Assembly: GCA_963768655.1 (NCBI GenBank)
Contig: CAVYIM010000005.1
Span: 128,001-192,000 of the forward strand
Source of the DNA: an uncultured Chloroflexia bacterium
Lineage (GTDB): Bacteria > Chloroflexota > Limnocylindria > Limnocylindrales > CSP1-4
Reading direction: 5' to 3'
Length of the DNA: 64,000 bases
Part shown: positions 40,858-51,666 of the stretch, one piece after another
Numbering within the stretch: the first letter of the stretch is position 1
Layout of the letters: the number at the start of each line of letters is the position of its first letter
The notes under the pieces: generated by a model
Told to the model about the DNA's origin: nothing
The model's input: only the letters and a program-made list of their open reading frames with translations
Database searches by the model: none
Program-made: the position numbers and the translations under genes

Positions 40858-43800
40858 ATGGAATCCAAGTTGGGGCAGACTGGAGGTCCGAGGGCCCAGG
40901 GTCTGTATGACCCCGCCTTCGAACACGACGCTTGCGGCTTCGGCTTCGTCGTGGACATCGCCGGCCGGCCCTCGCATGACATCGTCCGCGACGCTCTGAC
41001 CGTCCTCGTCAACCTCGAACATCGCGGCGCCACCGGCTCCGAGAAGAACACCGGCGACGGCGCCGGCCTGACGATCCAGATACCCCACCGCTTCCTGTTC
41101 GAGGTCGCGGCCAGGTCGGGCGTTCGGCTGCGCGGTCGAGGCGGCTACGGCGTGGGCATGGTCTTCCTGCCGCCTGACAAAGTCAGCCGCGTCGAGTGCT
41201 TCCGTCTGTTCGAGCGCGTCGTCGAGGAGGAGGGTCTCCACTTCCTCGGCTGGCGCGAGGTGCCCACGGACAACACCGGCCTCGGCGCGAGCGCGAAGGC
41301 CAGCCAGCCGCTCATCCGCCAGGTCTTCATCGACCGGCCGGAGGGAATGGTCGAGGACCTGGCTTTCGAGCGAAAGCTGTACATCGCCCGCCGCCTGGTC
41401 GAGAAGGCCGTTTCGCGTTCGGCCATCCCGCGCCGCGGCGACTTCTACATCCCCTCCCTGAGCTGCCGGACGATCGTCTACAAGGGCATGCTCAACGCCT
41501 CTCAGCTCCGAACCTTCTATCCGGATCTCCTGGACGAGCGCGTCGAGAGCGCGATCGCGATGGTCCACTCGCGCTTCTCCACGAACACGTTCCCTTCGTG
41601 GGCGCGGGCGCACCCGTACCGCTACATCTCGCACAACGGCGAGATCAACACCCTGCGCGGCAACGTCAACTGGATGCACGCCCGCCAGTCCCAGTTCAAT
41701 TCCAAGCTGTTCGGCGACGAGCTGACGAAAGCCCTGCCGGCCATCGACACCGAAGGGTCGGACTCGGCCATTCTCGACAACACCCTCGAGCTGCTCTACC
41801 TCTCCGGGCGCAGCCTCGCTCACGGCCTGATGATGATGGTGCCGGAGCCCTGGCAGCACCACGAGTCGATGGCACCCGAAAAGAAGGCCTTCTACGAGTT
41901 CCACGCTTGCCTGATGGAGCCGTGGGACGGGCCCGCCTCGATCGCCTTCACGGACGGCATCCGCATCGGCGCCACGCTGGACCGCAACGGCCTGCGGCCG
42001 GCCCGCTACTACGTAACCACCGACGGCCGCGTCGTCATGGCCTCCGAGGCCGGCGTGCTGGACATCCCGCCGGGTCAGATCGTGACCAAGGGTCGCCTGC
42101 AGCCGGGGCGCATGTTCCTTGTCGACACGGCCGAGCAGCGCATCGTCGCCGACGACGAGCTCAAGCATCGCGTCGCCACCGAGCACCCGTACGAGGAGTG
42201 GCTCCGCGACTGGCTGGTCAAGCTGACCGAGCTGCCGCCCCCGCCGCGCGTCATCGAGCCCGACCACGAAACGGTCCTGCGCCGCCAGGAGGTCTTCGGC
42301 TACACGGCCGAGGACGTCCGCATCCTGATCAACCCCATGGCCGCCACCGGCACCGAACCGGTCGGCGCCATGGGCAACGACGCCGCGCTGGCGGTGTTAT
42401 CAGAGCGGCCGCAGCTCCTCTACTCGTACTTCAAGCAGCTCTTCGCCCAGGTCACGAACCCGCCCATCGACGCCATCCGCGAAGAGATCATCATGGCCAC
42501 AGAGATGGCGATCGGGCCCGAGGGCAACCTCCTCGAGCCGGATGCGCCGGCCGCCCACCAGCTCGAGATTCCGTCGCCCGTTCTCTCGAATGAAGAGCTC
42601 GAGAAGATCCGGCACCTCTCCACGGGCGATCCGCACGGCTTCAAGACGATCACCCTGCCGATCCTCTATCGGGTCGGCGACGGCGGCGCCGGGCTCCGCA
42701 AGGCGATCGAGGCGCTCCGCGACCGCGCCTCCGAGGCGATCGCCGAGGGTCACAACATCATCATCCTGTCGGACCGCGGCCACGACGCCGACGAAGCCCC
42801 GATCCCGGCACTTCTCGCCGCCTCGGCCATCCACCATCACCTAGTCCGGGCCGGCACCCGCACTCTCGCCGGCCTTGTCCTCGAATCCGGCGAGCCGCGC
42901 GAGGTCCACCACTTCGCCCTGCTGCTCGGCTACGGCGCCAGCGCCGTCAACCCGTACCTCGCCTTCGAGACCGTCCACGACCAGGTCCGCCTGGGCATGA
43001 TCGCGGGCTCGGCCGAGCTGGCCGAGAAGAAGTACCGCAAGGCCATCGCCAAGGGTATCGTCAAGGTCATCTCCAAGATGGGCATTAGCACCATCCAGAG
43101 CTACCACGGCGCCCAAGTGTTCGAGGCGATGGGGCTCAACCAGGACTTCGTCGACGAGTACTTCACCGGGACGCCGACTCGCATCGGCGGCGTCGGCATC
43201 GACGTCATCGCGCGCGAAGTGAAGATGCGCCAGGACCGCGCCTATCCGCCCAAGCGCCCGGTCTACCACAAGCAGCTGGGCACCGGCGGCAACGTCCAGT
43301 TCCGGGTCGACGGGGAGCATCACCTCTTCAACCCGCTCTCGATCGCGCAGCTCCAGTACGCCGCACGGAGCGGCAACTACGCGGCGTTCCGGGAGTACTC
43401 CAAGCTGATCGACGACCAGTCTGAGGGGCTGTGCACTCTGCGCGGCCTGATGGACTTCAGGCCGAATCACCGTCATCCGCTCAGCGTCGACGACGTGGAG
43501 CCGGTCGAGTCGATCGTACGCCGCTTCAAGACGGGCGCGATGAGCTACGGCTCGATCTCGCGCGAGGCCCACGAGGCGCTGGCCATCGCCATGAACCGCC
43601 TCGGCGCCAAGTCGAACACCGGCGAGGGCGGCGAGGATCCGGCCCGCTTCGAGCTGCTGCCCAACGGCGACTCGCTCAAGAGCGCCATCAAGCAGGTCGC
43701 CTCGGGCCGATTCGGCGTCACCAGCGAGTACCTGGTCAGCGCCCGCGAGATCCAGATCAAGATGGCCCAGGGCGCCAAGCCCGGCGAGGGCGGCCAGCTG

Positions 43801-45501
43801 CCCGGTCACAAGGTTTACCCCTGGATCGCCAAGGTCCGCCATTCCACGCCGGGAGTGGGCCTCATCAGCCCGCCACCGCACCACGACATCTACTCCATCG
43901 AGGACCTGGCCGAGCTGATCCACGACCTCAAGAACGCCAACCCCGACGCCCGAATCTCCGTGAAGCTCGTGTCAGAAGTGGGCGTGGGCACGATCGCGGC
44001 CGGCGTCGCCAAGGCGCACGCGGACGTCATCCTGATCAGCGGCCACGACGGCGGCACCGGGGCCTCGCCGCTTTCATCGATCAAGCACGCGGGCCTGCCA
44101 TGGGAGCTCGGCATCGCCGAGACGAACCAGGTCCTGCTCGTCAACGACCTGCGCTCGCGCGTGGCGATCGAAGTAGACGGGCAGATGAAGACCGGCCGCG
44201 ACGTGGTCGTCGGCGCGCTGCTCGGAGCCGAGGAGTTCGGCTTCTCCACGGCGCCGCTGGTCACGCTGGGCTGCGTGATGATGCGCGTCTGCCATCTCAA
44301 CACGTGCCCCGTCGGCATCGCCACGCAGGATCCCGAGCTGCGCAAGCGCTTCAGCGGCGATCCGCAGTACGTGGTCAACTTCATGACCTTCGTGGCCCAC
44401 GAAGTCCGCGAGTACATGGCCACGCTGGGCTTCCGGACCTTCGAGGAGATGGTCGGCCATTCCGAGCGCCTGGAGATGCGCCGGGCGATCGACCACTGGA
44501 AGGCGCACAGCCTGGACTTCAGCCGGATCCTGTACCAGCCGCAGGTGCCCAAGACGACCGGCCGGACGTGCCAGATCACCCAGGAACACAAGATCGAGCT
44601 GTCGCTCGACTCCACTACGCTCATCCCGCTCTGCAGGCCGGCGCTGGAGCGCGGCGAGAAGGTCGAGGCGGACCTGCCGGTCCACAACACCAATCGCGTC
44701 GTGGCCACGTCTCTCGGCTCCGAGGTGACCCGCCGCTACGGGGCCGCCGGCCTCCCCGAGGACACGATCAAGCTCCATTTCCGTGGCTCGGCCGGCCAGA
44801 GCTTCGGGGCGTTCGTGCCGAAGGGCATCACCCTCACCCTGGAGGGCGACGCCAACGACTACCTGGGCAAGGGTCTTTCGGGCGGCAAGATCGTCCTGTT
44901 TCCGCCGCGCGAGGCCACCTTCGTGGCGGAGGAGAACGTCATCAGCGGCAACGTCGCCCTCTACGGCGCCACGTCCGGCGAGGCCTACATCCGCGGCATC
45001 GCCGGCGAGCGGTTCGGCGTCCGCAACTCCGGCGTCAGCGCCGTGGTGGAGGGCGTCGGCGACCACGGCTGCGAGTACATGACCGGCGGCCGTGTCATCG
45101 TCATCGGCAAGACGGGCCGCAACTTTGCCGCGGGCATGTCCGGCGGCATCGCCTACGTTCTGGACGAAAGCGGCGAGGGCGGGGCCGCCGGCGGCGGCTT
45201 CGAGCGAGTCTGCAACAAGGAGATGGTCCAACTCTTCCCGCTGTCGGACCCCGTAGAGATCGCCGAGATCCGCCGCCTGCTGGAGCGGCACGTCGACTAC
45301 ACCGCCAGCCCGCGAGCCCGAGCCCTGCTCGGCGAATGGGACACGACGGTCAGCCGGTTCATCCGCGTCGTCCCGAACGACTATCGCCGCGTCATCGAGG
45401 CCCAGGCAAGGATGCGCGAAAAGGGCCTCTCGGAGGAGGAGGCCGAGATGGCCGCCTTCGACGAGAACGTCATGGACGCGCGCCGGGTGGCGGGCAACTG
45501 A
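40858..45501 (+). CDS. gltB: Glutamate synthase large subunit
   Basis: EHDACG propeptide with catalytic Cys, [62 protein letters not shown]. Confidence 0.97.
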   Translation: MESKLGQTGGPRAQGLYDPAFEHDACGFGFVVDIAGRPSHDIVRDALTVLVNLEHRGATGSEKNTGDGAGLTIQIPHRFLFEVAARSGVRLRGRGGYGVGMVFLPPDKVSRVECFRLFERVVEEEGLHFLGWREVPTDNTGLGASAKASQPLIRQVFIDRPEGMVEDLAFERKLYIARRLVEKAVSRSAIPRRGDFYIPSLSCRTIVYKGMLNASQLRTFYPDLLDERVESAIAMVHSRFSTNTFPSWARAHPYRYISHNGEINTLRGNVNWMHARQSQFNSKLFGDELTKALPAIDTEGSDSAILDNTLELLYLSGRSLAHGLMMMVPEPWQHHESMAPEKKAFYEFHACLMEPWDGPASIAFTDGIRIGATLDRNGLRPARYYVTTDGRVVMASEAGVLDIPPGQIVTKGRLQPGRMFLVDTAEQRIVADDELKHRVATEHPYEEWLRDWLVKLTELPPPPRVIEPDHETVLRRQEVFGYTAEDVRILINPMAATGTEPVGAMGNDAALAVLSERPQLLYSYFKQLFAQVTNPPIDAIREEIIMATEMAIGPEGNLLEPDAPAAHQLEIPSPVLSNEELEKIRHLSTGDPHGFKTITLPILYRVGDGGAGLRKAIEALRDRASEAIAEGHNIIILSDRGHDADEAPIPALLAASAIHHHLVRAGTRTLAGLVLESGEPREVHHFALLLGYGASAVNPYLAFETVHDQVRLGMIAGSAELAEKKYRKAIAKGIVKVISKMGISTIQSYHGAQVFEAMGLNQDFVDEYFTGTPTRIGGVGIDVIAREVKMRQDRAYPPKRPVYHKQLGTGGNVQFRVDGEHHLFNPLSIAQLQYAARSGNYAAFREYSKLIDDQSEGLCTLRGLMDFRPNHRHPLSVDDVEPVESIVRRFKTGAMSYGSISREAHEALAIAMNRLGAKSNTGEGGEDPARFELLPNGDSLKSAIKQVASGRFGVTSEYLVSAREIQIKMAQGAKPGEGGQLPGHKVYPWIAKVRHSTPGVGLISPPPHHDIYSIEDLAELIHDLKNANPDARISVKLVSEVGVGTIAAGVAKAHADVILISGHDGGTGASPLSSIKHAGLPWELGIAETNQVLLVNDLRSRVAIEVDGQMKTGRDVVVGALLGAEEFGFSTAPLVTLGCVMMRVCHLNTCPVGIATQDPELRKRFSGDPQYVVNFMTFVAHEVREYMATLGFRTFEEMVGHSERLEMRRAIDHWKAHSLDFSRILYQPQVPKTTGRTCQITQEHKIELSLDSTTLIPLCRPALERGEKVEADLPVHNTNRVVATSLGSEVTRRYGAAGLPEDTIKLHFRGSAGQSFGAFVPKGITLTLEGDANDYLGKGLSGGKIVLFPPREATFVAEENVISGNVALYGATSGEAYIRGIAGERFGVRNSGVSAVVEGVGDHGCEYMTGGRVIVIGKTGRNFAAGMSGGIAYVLDESGEGGAAGGGFERVCNKEMVQLFPLSDPVEIAEIRRLLERHVDYTASPRARALLGEWDTTVSRFIRVVPNDYRRVIEAQARMREKGLSEEEAEMAAFDENVMDARRVAGN

Positions 45502-45503
45502 CG

Positions 45504-46982
45504 ATGGGCAAGCCGACCGGGTTCATGGAGTTCGAGCGGGAGCCGGCCCACGTTCGGCCGCCGCTGGAGCGGGTCAAGGACTGGAGCGAGACCCACCCGG
45601 AGTATGCCGAGAAGACCCTCCGCGATCAGGGCGCCCGCTGCATGGACTGCGGCATCCCCTACTGCCACACCGGGGCGCTTGTCAACGGCCTGGCCCTCGG
45701 CTGCCCGGTCAGCAACTTGATCCCGGAATGGAACGACCTGGTCTATCGCGGCCAGTGGCGCGAGGCGATCATCCGCCTCCACAAGACCAACAACTTCCCC
45801 GAGTTCACCGGACGCGTCTGCCCGGCTCCGTGCGAGGGCTCGTGCACGCTCGGCATCAACCAGCCGCCGGTGACGATCAAGACCATCGAGGCCGAGATCA
45901 TCGAGCGGGCGTTCCGCGAGGGCTGGGTCGCGGCCGAGCCGCCGCTCGCCCGCACGGGCTTTCGAGTGGCGGTCGTCGGCAGCGGACCGGCCGGCCTCGC
46001 CGCCGCGGCGCAGCTGAATCGGGCCGGCCACGAGGTCACGGTCTACGAGCGCGACGACCGCGTCGGCGGCCTGCTCACGTACGGCATCCCGAACATGAAG
46101 CTGGACAAGGCCGTCATCGACCGGCGCGTCAAGCTGCTCGCCGAAGAGGGCATCGAGTTCGTCACCGGCGTGGCCGTCGGCAAGGACGTGGCGGCCGAGA
46201 AGCTCGCATCCGACTTCGGCGCCGTCGTCCTGGCGACCGGATCCACGGTGCCGCGCGATCTGCGGGTCGAGGGCCGCGAGCTCGATGGCGTGCACTTCGC
46301 CATGGACTTCCTGGTCGGAAACACGAAGAGCCTGCTGGGTGGAGCGGCCCCGCCGATTTCCGCCGCCGGCAAGAACGTGATCGTCATCGGCGGCGGCGAC
46401 ACCGGCACCGACTGCGTCGGCACGGCCATCCGCCAGCGAGCGAAGAGCGTCACCCAGCTGGAGATCCTGCCCCGTCCTCCGGAGACGCGAGCCGCGGACA
46501 ACCCATGGCCGCAGTGGCCCAAGGTCTACAAGATGGACTACGGCCAGGAAGAGGCCGCCGCCCTGTGGGGCGCCGACCCTCGCCGCTACCTCATCAACAC
46601 GCGCCGCCTGATCGGCGATGAGTCGGGCCGCGTCACGGCCATCGAGACGGTCGAGATCGAGTGGACGCACGGCGCGGGCGGCCGGCCGGAGATGTGTGAG
46701 TGCGAAGGCACCGAGAAGGTGCTCGAAGCCGACCTGGTCCTGATCGCCATGGGCTTCGTAGGCCCGGCGCCCGAGCTGCCGGCCGCCTTCGGCTGCAAGC
46801 TGGACCACCGCGGCAACATCGTCCACGACGACGACATGATGACCACGGCCCCGGGCGTCTTTGCCGCCGGGGACTGCTCGCGCGGCCAATCGCTGGTCGT
46901 GTGGGCGATCCACGAGGGCCGCCTTGCCGCCCGCGGCGTCGATCGGTTCCTGATGTTCGGCGAGACGGTCCTACCGGGCTAG
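45504..46982 (+). CDS. gltD: Glutamate synthase small subunit
   Basis: MGKPTGF, RCMDCGIPYC, NNFPEFTGRVCPAPCE, GSGPAG, GGGDTGTDC, AGD..RGQSLVVWAI.EGR. Confidence 0.97.
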   Translation: MGKPTGFMEFEREPAHVRPPLERVKDWSETHPEYAEKTLRDQGARCMDCGIPYCHTGALVNGLALGCPVSNLIPEWNDLVYRGQWREAIIRLHKTNNFPEFTGRVCPAPCEGSCTLGINQPPVTIKTIEAEIIERAFREGWVAAEPPLARTGFRVAVVGSGPAGLAAAAQLNRAGHEVTVYERDDRVGGLLTYGIPNMKLDKAVIDRRVKLLAEEGIEFVTGVAVGKDVAAEKLASDFGAVVLATGSTVPRDLRVEGRELDGVHFAMDFLVGNTKSLLGGAAPPISAAGKNVIVIGGGDTGTDCVGTAIRQRAKSVTQLEILPRPPETRAADNPWPQWPKVYKMDYGQEEAAALWGADPRRYLINTRRLIGDESGRVTAIETVEIEWTHGAGGRPEMCECEGTEKVLEADLVLIAMGFVGPAPELPAAFGCKLDHRGNIVHDDDMMTTAPGVFAAGDCSRGQSLVVWAIHEGRLAARGVDRFLMFGETVLPG

Positions 46983-48473
46983 CCGGTCGGCCCGGACGAT
47001 GGCGCGGGGGCGATCGAGCCGCTTGCCGTCGGGTCCACCGAGAAGAGGTCGAGCGAGGTCCCATCGGAGGATTCGAGGGCGAGCATTCGGCCGTCGGGCG
47101 ACCACCACCGCTGCTGCAGCGCCGAGACCGCCGGGCCGGTCGCCTGGTCCGCGTCGACGACGAGGCCGGCGGACGAGAGGTCGAGCAAGACCTTGCCGTC
47201 CGCACCCGCGATCCGCAGGACCCGACCGCTGGTGTCGACGTCGACCGAGGGACCCGCGGACGAAGGGATGGACCAGTCGAGGGTGATGCCTCCGTAGGCC
47301 GGAATCACGGCGGTGGCGCCGATGAGCGCCAGGCTGCCGTCCGAAGTCAGGCAGTAGACGTGGTCGTCGTCGGCCCAGCCAAGAAGTCGGGCGCCGGGCA
47401 CGGTCTTCATCTGCCCGGTGGCGATGTCCAGGATCTCCAGATCCGCGTCCGATTGGGCGGCGAGCATAGTCGCCGACTGGTTGAACGCCATCTCGCCGCG
47501 GACGTTCGGGGCGGTCGCCAGGATACGGCCAGACGCGAAGTCGACCACGTCCACGCGGCCCTTCCAGCCGTGCACCTCGGCGTCCTGACTGCCGCAGTCG
47601 AGATGGCCGAGCAGGACCAGCTTCCCGTCCGGCGACCAGCCGTACGGCGTGGCTTTCTCGCCGACCTTCACGTACTGCCCGTTCTCGTACCAGTCGATCA
47701 GTGGATCGCCCGTGCACCCGGGCACGGCCACGATGATCGCTGCCGCTCCGTGACCGCTGCCGACCACCCACGAGTTGGAGGTTGGCCCGCCGGTATAGGG
47801 TTCATCGATGCTGGTCACGTGGCCGTCGCCGGAGATGAGGTGGGTCGCGTCCAGCCAGCCTTCGAACTGCCCGTAGGCTGAGACCTGTTTGCCGGATCGG
47901 TCGTAGACGACGCTTCCCGAATTCGTCCGAGACGAGCAGGTGCTGGTCGTCGGGCGACCATTCGAAGCTCGCATATTGCCCGAGCGGCAGCCGCGCCACT
48001 AGCCCCGTGCCCGGCGGCGTGCCCTGCGGCGTCGAGCCCGCCGTCGAGCCCGCCGGAGAGCTCGACGCGGGGCGCGTGGCGGCGCCGCGCAGCGTCACAA
48101 GCCCCGCCGTCGCCACGACCGCGACCAGGATCGCGACCATTGCCGTCGGGATTGCCGCGCGCCTGCTCACGCCGCGGCCGGTGGATCGGACGACCGCGGC
48201 GGGCCGGCCGAGCCGGACGCGCGCAGTCCCTTCGGGCATTCGCACGCCTCGATTTAGCGGCCGGTCGGCCCAGGCGCCGCCGAGGATACCTTCAGTCCGG
48301 CGGAAGCCAGCGAGCAGACTTCGGCAGCGCCGGCAGTCCTGCAGGTGGTCGAGCTCGGCCGGGCTGGCAACCGCGCCGGCCTCCGCGATCGCGTCCAGGC
48401 GCCGTTCATCGATGTGCCCCCGGCGCATGATCCCCGCCAGACGTCCGCTCAGCGCGCCCATCACTCTGTTCAT
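46979..48473 (-). CDS. ZAS-type anti-sigma factor with an extracellular beta-propeller; apparent +1 frameshift near 47915
   Basis: HLQDCRRC (HxxxCxxC), one TM helix and repeated WSPDG/WSPDD motifs. ORFs 47802-48473 and 46979-47974 join if one base is removed. Overlaps the sigma stop. Confidence 0.82.
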
Positions 48474-48991
48474 CGCGGATTCCTCCCGCTCTGCCCCGCG
48501 ATCGGCTCTTCCGCCGCGAGCACGCGAGCCAGCTTGCGTCGGGCCCGCCAGACGCTCGAGTAGACCGTTCCGCTGGCAACGCCCATCACTTCGGCGGCTT
48601 CGTCCTGGCGGTAGCCCAGGCCGTAGACCAGCGTCACCGCCAGGCGCTCCCGTTCCGGCAGCCCGGCTATGGCGGCGGCCACGTCGACGTCCGGGAAGTC
48701 CGCCGCGGGCAGGCGCTCGATGTGCTCAACGTCCAGGTCGGCGATGCGCCGCCCGCGAGCGCAGCAGGCCCCACGAACGGCCATGCGGCGGACCCACGCC
48801 CGCAGCTTGTCCGGGTCGCGCAGCTGGTGGAGGTGGCGGCGGGCTTGGAGGAGCGCCTCCTGAGCCACGTCCTCGGCGTCGGGACCCGCGCCCAGGGCGC
48901 GCGCCAGGGCCGCGAGCTCGCCGAACAGCGCCCCGTACTGCGAGTCGAAACCCTCCAGGTCGATCATCTCCCCCGCAATGACGGCTTCCAC
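48470..48991 (-). CDS. ECF RNA polymerase sigma-70 factor
   Basis: DAEDVAQEA...LRDPDKLRAW and LPERERLA...EAAEVMG...GTV.S...RAR. Confidence 0.9.
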   Translation of the reverse strand: MEAVIAGEMIDLEGFDSQYGALFGELAALARALGAGPDAEDVAQEALLQARRHLHQLRDPDKLRAWVRRMAVRGACCARGRRIADLDVEHIERLPAADFPDVDVAAAIAGLPERERLAVTLVYGLGYRQDEAAEVMGVASGTVYSSVWRARRKLARVLAAEEPIAGQSGRNPR

Positions 48992-49334
48992 ACCCCTCTA
49001 GTGTGCGGCAAGCGGCTCGAGCCTTTACACACAAGGTGACCTGGGGCGGCGCGCCTTCGTCGTCCGATGTGCTCGTACAGACCCGAACGTCGCAGCAGAG
49101 GCAACTCCCGGCACGCCACGCGGGACATTTATCACTAATCAGGTTGATATCGGCAGCGGGCGGCATATCAGGCACCTAGACACGCCCGGGCTCATGCCTG
49201 TCACCGATCCCGATCGATTGGAGACCTGGTGGATCTGGCCCGAAAGCTCGATGGCGGCCGACCGTGGCTCGCCACGCCTTGTGTCAACGAGAGCTCTGCG
49301 GAAGTCGCAGAGGCACCCAAGGACAGGAAGCGCA

Positions 49335-49778
49335 ATGCCTGACTACAAGCGAACCGCTCATCTACTCCCATCCAGGATCATCCTGCTCGCCGCAACCATC
49401 GGGACGGTCGTCGCCCTGGTCGGTACCGCGGCGACGGCGGCGGCCATCTCCGCGGGGCCGACCATCACTTCCGCGCTCCAGCCGGGTCAGACCGACTCCA
49501 ACATCGGGCCTGCCAATGTCGGCCTTTCGGCCTTCGCTGCGCCGCTGGGGGCGCCTGCCCTCGGGCCGGCCGAGGCACCCCAGCCGGGCCAGTCCTACTC
49601 CGCGGTCGCGTCTGAGAACGTCGTCGTTTCGGTCGGAGGGCCGACTGAGGCACTCCAGCCGGGTCAGACGGACTCCGCCGCCGCGACTGGAAACGGTAGC
49701 GTCCCGGTCTTCGCAGCCGTCGTTACACCTGCCTCCGGGCCGTCCGAGGCGCCCCAGCCGGGTCAGACGGGCTCGTAA
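49335..49778 (+). CDS. Small secreted protein with four QPGQ repeats
   Basis: RBS agga, hydrophobic signal-like N-terminus and four A(L/P)QPGQ(T/S)xS motifs, followed by a terminator. Confidence 0.8.
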   Translation: MPDYKRTAHLLPSRIILLAATIGTVVALVGTAATAAAISAGPTITSALQPGQTDSNIGPANVGLSAFAAPLGAPALGPAEAPQPGQSYSAVASENVVVSVGGPTEALQPGQTDSAAATGNGSVPVFAAVVTPASGPSEAPQPGQTGS

Positions 49779-49794
49779 CCGAAAAGCGAACTGA

Positions 49795-49822
49795 GAAAGG
49801 CCCCGGACATACGGGGCCTTTC
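49795..49822 (+). terminator. Intrinsic terminator hairpin
   Basis: Perfect 11-bp stem gaaaggccccg/cggggcctttc with a 6-nt loop, 16 nt after the stop codon. Confidence 0.8.
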
Positions 49823-50011
49823 CTTGTCGCCCGATCTGGTCGATGGCCGGCGCCGGCAGCGCACGTCTCCAACTACTGCCTGAACAGCGTCGGAACTGCT
49901 TGAAGAGCGCCGGCCGGGCGCCGGCCCATCGCCACTCGCGCCCTGTGCCGGCGCGCCGCGCCGCCGGCGCGACCCCTTTCCATCGCCCGCTCCGCGGCCT
50001 ACCGTTGCGGC

Positions 50012-50644
50012 ATGCCCGCCAGCGACGCCGAAACGGAGAGAATCCGGCGGATCTACGACAGGCGATCCGCCTCCTCGCGCTCGAACGGCCGTGACGCCGG
50101 CTGCGAGTGGCTGTGCGCGAAGGCCGACGGCGAGACTCTCGAGATCGGCATCGGACGAGGGCGAACCCTGTCGTTCTATCCTCGCAACATACGCCTGACG
50201 GGGATCGAGCTGAGCAGCGTGGCCGTGAACCTCGCCGAACGGCGCGCCCGCGAGCTGGGACTCGACGTGACGCTCCGCCAGAGTGACGCCACGGCGCTCC
50301 CCTTCCCCGACGAGCATTTCGACACCGTGGTCTTCTGCTACGCGCTGTGCTCGATCCCCGACGATCGCACGGCCGTTGCCGAAGCCGCGCGCGTCCTTCG
50401 CCCGGGAGGCCGGCTGCTGCTGATCGAGCACGTCCGGAGCCCGAACCGGATCGTCCGGACGATCGAACGCCTCATCGAGCCGATAGAGGTGCGACGCATG
50501 GGCGACCACCTGCTACGAGAGCCGCTGGATCACGTCCTGGCCGAGGGTCTGGAGGTGGAGGAACTCGAGCGCAGCTGGTTGGGCGTAATCGAGCGGCTGG
50601 TCGCCCTCAAGCCAGACAGCGAAGAGCTCGCCGAGGCGGTCTGA
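50012..50644 (+). CDS. Class I SAM-dependent methyltransferase
   Basis: LEIGIGRG, GIELS, DATALPF.DEHFDTV, RVLRPGGRL..IEH. Confidence 0.92.
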   Translation: MPASDAETERIRRIYDRRSASSRSNGRDAGCEWLCAKADGETLEIGIGRGRTLSFYPRNIRLTGIELSSVAVNLAERRARELGLDVTLRQSDATALPFPDEHFDTVVFCYALCSIPDDRTAVAEAARVLRPGGRLLLIEHVRSPNRIVRTIERLIEPIEVRRMGDHLLREPLDHVLAEGLEVEELERSWLGVIERLVALKPDSEELAEAV

Positions 50645-50654
50645 GCAGCGGAAT

Positions 50655-51602
50655 ATGGCCCGCCCGAACGTCAGCCCACCCTCCGAAGCGGCGGACCGTG
50701 CCAGCCTCCGTCGACGCAGGCCGCCTCGCGAGTCCATCGATTGGGCGCTCCGAAACTGCGAGCCCTCCGGGCGCGTGTCGTCCGTGATCCCTCTGCGGGG
50801 AGGCATCTCCCACGCCAACCACCTGATCCGCATCGACGCCAGCGGATCCGTTCGCGAAGTTGTGCTCCGGCGCTGGGTCCGGGACGAGTGGCGGACGGAC
50901 GACCCGGAGTTCTCGCCGGCGCAGGAGGTCGCCACCTACGATCTCCTGTCGTCGTCGCCGGTGCCGGCGCCGCGCCTCATCGCCGCCGACGTGGCGGGCG
51001 GTGAGTGCGACGTCCCCGCGATCCTGATCACCCGCGCCCCGGGCGCGCGGCTGACCAGGCCGCCCGACATGCGCTTCTTCCTGGCGCAGCTCGCCCAGGC
51101 CCTGCCGCTCGTCCATGGCATCGATCCGGCTCGGGCACGGGTAACCGTGCCCCCGTATCGGCCCTACTACGAGCGCGAGCGACTCTCTCGCCCCGACTGG
51201 ACTCGCATGCCCGCCGCGTGGGATCGGGCGATCGCGCTCGCGATCGGTCCCGAGCCGGCCGAGCCCGCCGCGTTCATCCACCGCGACTACCACCCGGGCA
51301 ACACGCTCTGGGCGTCGGGCCGGCTGAGCGCTATCGTCGACTGGACGACCGCCTCGTGGGGATCCCGCGGCGTCGATCTCGCCCACATGCGAGCCAATCT
51401 CGCGCTGGCATTCTCCGTCGAGGCGGCGGACGCCTTCCTCGACGCCTACCGGGCGGTCGTCGGTGCCGCGTATCGGCTCGATCCCTGGTGGGATCTGCGC
51501 ATGGCGGTCGACTTCCTGCCGGACCTGGGTTATGGCGGCTGGTCGGCGGCGGAGCTCGGCCGGCTCGATCGCTTCGTCGCCCGGGCCGTGGCGGCGCTCT
51601 GA
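50655..51602 (+). CDS. Aminoglycoside phosphotransferase (APH/ChoK-like) family kinase
   Basis: LRGGIS, HRDYHPGN, IVDW. Confidence 0.88.
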   Translation: MARPNVSPPSEAADRASLRRRRPPRESIDWALRNCEPSGRVSSVIPLRGGISHANHLIRIDASGSVREVVLRRWVRDEWRTDDPEFSPAQEVATYDLLSSSPVPAPRLIAADVAGGECDVPAILITRAPGARLTRPPDMRFFLAQLAQALPLVHGIDPARARVTVPPYRPYYERERLSRPDWTRMPAAWDRAIALAIGPEPAEPAAFIHRDYHPGNTLWASGRLSAIVDWTTASWGSRGVDLAHMRANLALAFSVEAADAFLDAYRAVVGAAYRLDPWWDLRMAVDFLPDLGYGGWSAAELGRLDRFVARAVAAL

Positions 51603-51655
51603 GCCGCGGCGTGGTGGCGCCCTGAGCCGCGGCGTGGTGGCGCCCTGAGCCGCGG
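51585..51655. repeat. 23-bp tandem repeat (about three copies) spanning the kinase stop codon
   Basis: ctgagccgcggcgtggtggcgcc units. Confidence 0.8.
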
Positions 51656-51666
51656 TGCCGCCCGCC

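Noticed and set aside
49285-49330. Glycine-riboswitch-like segment (GAGAGC-stem-GCACCCAAGGA)
   Set aside because: It has CCCAAG, not CCGAAG, lacks the CUCUCAGG element, and the downstream gene is unrelated to glycine metabolism.
50655-51602. Antibiotic resistance gene
   Set aside because: The APH-like fold is shared by many small-molecule kinases, and nothing here indicates aminoglycoside specificity.
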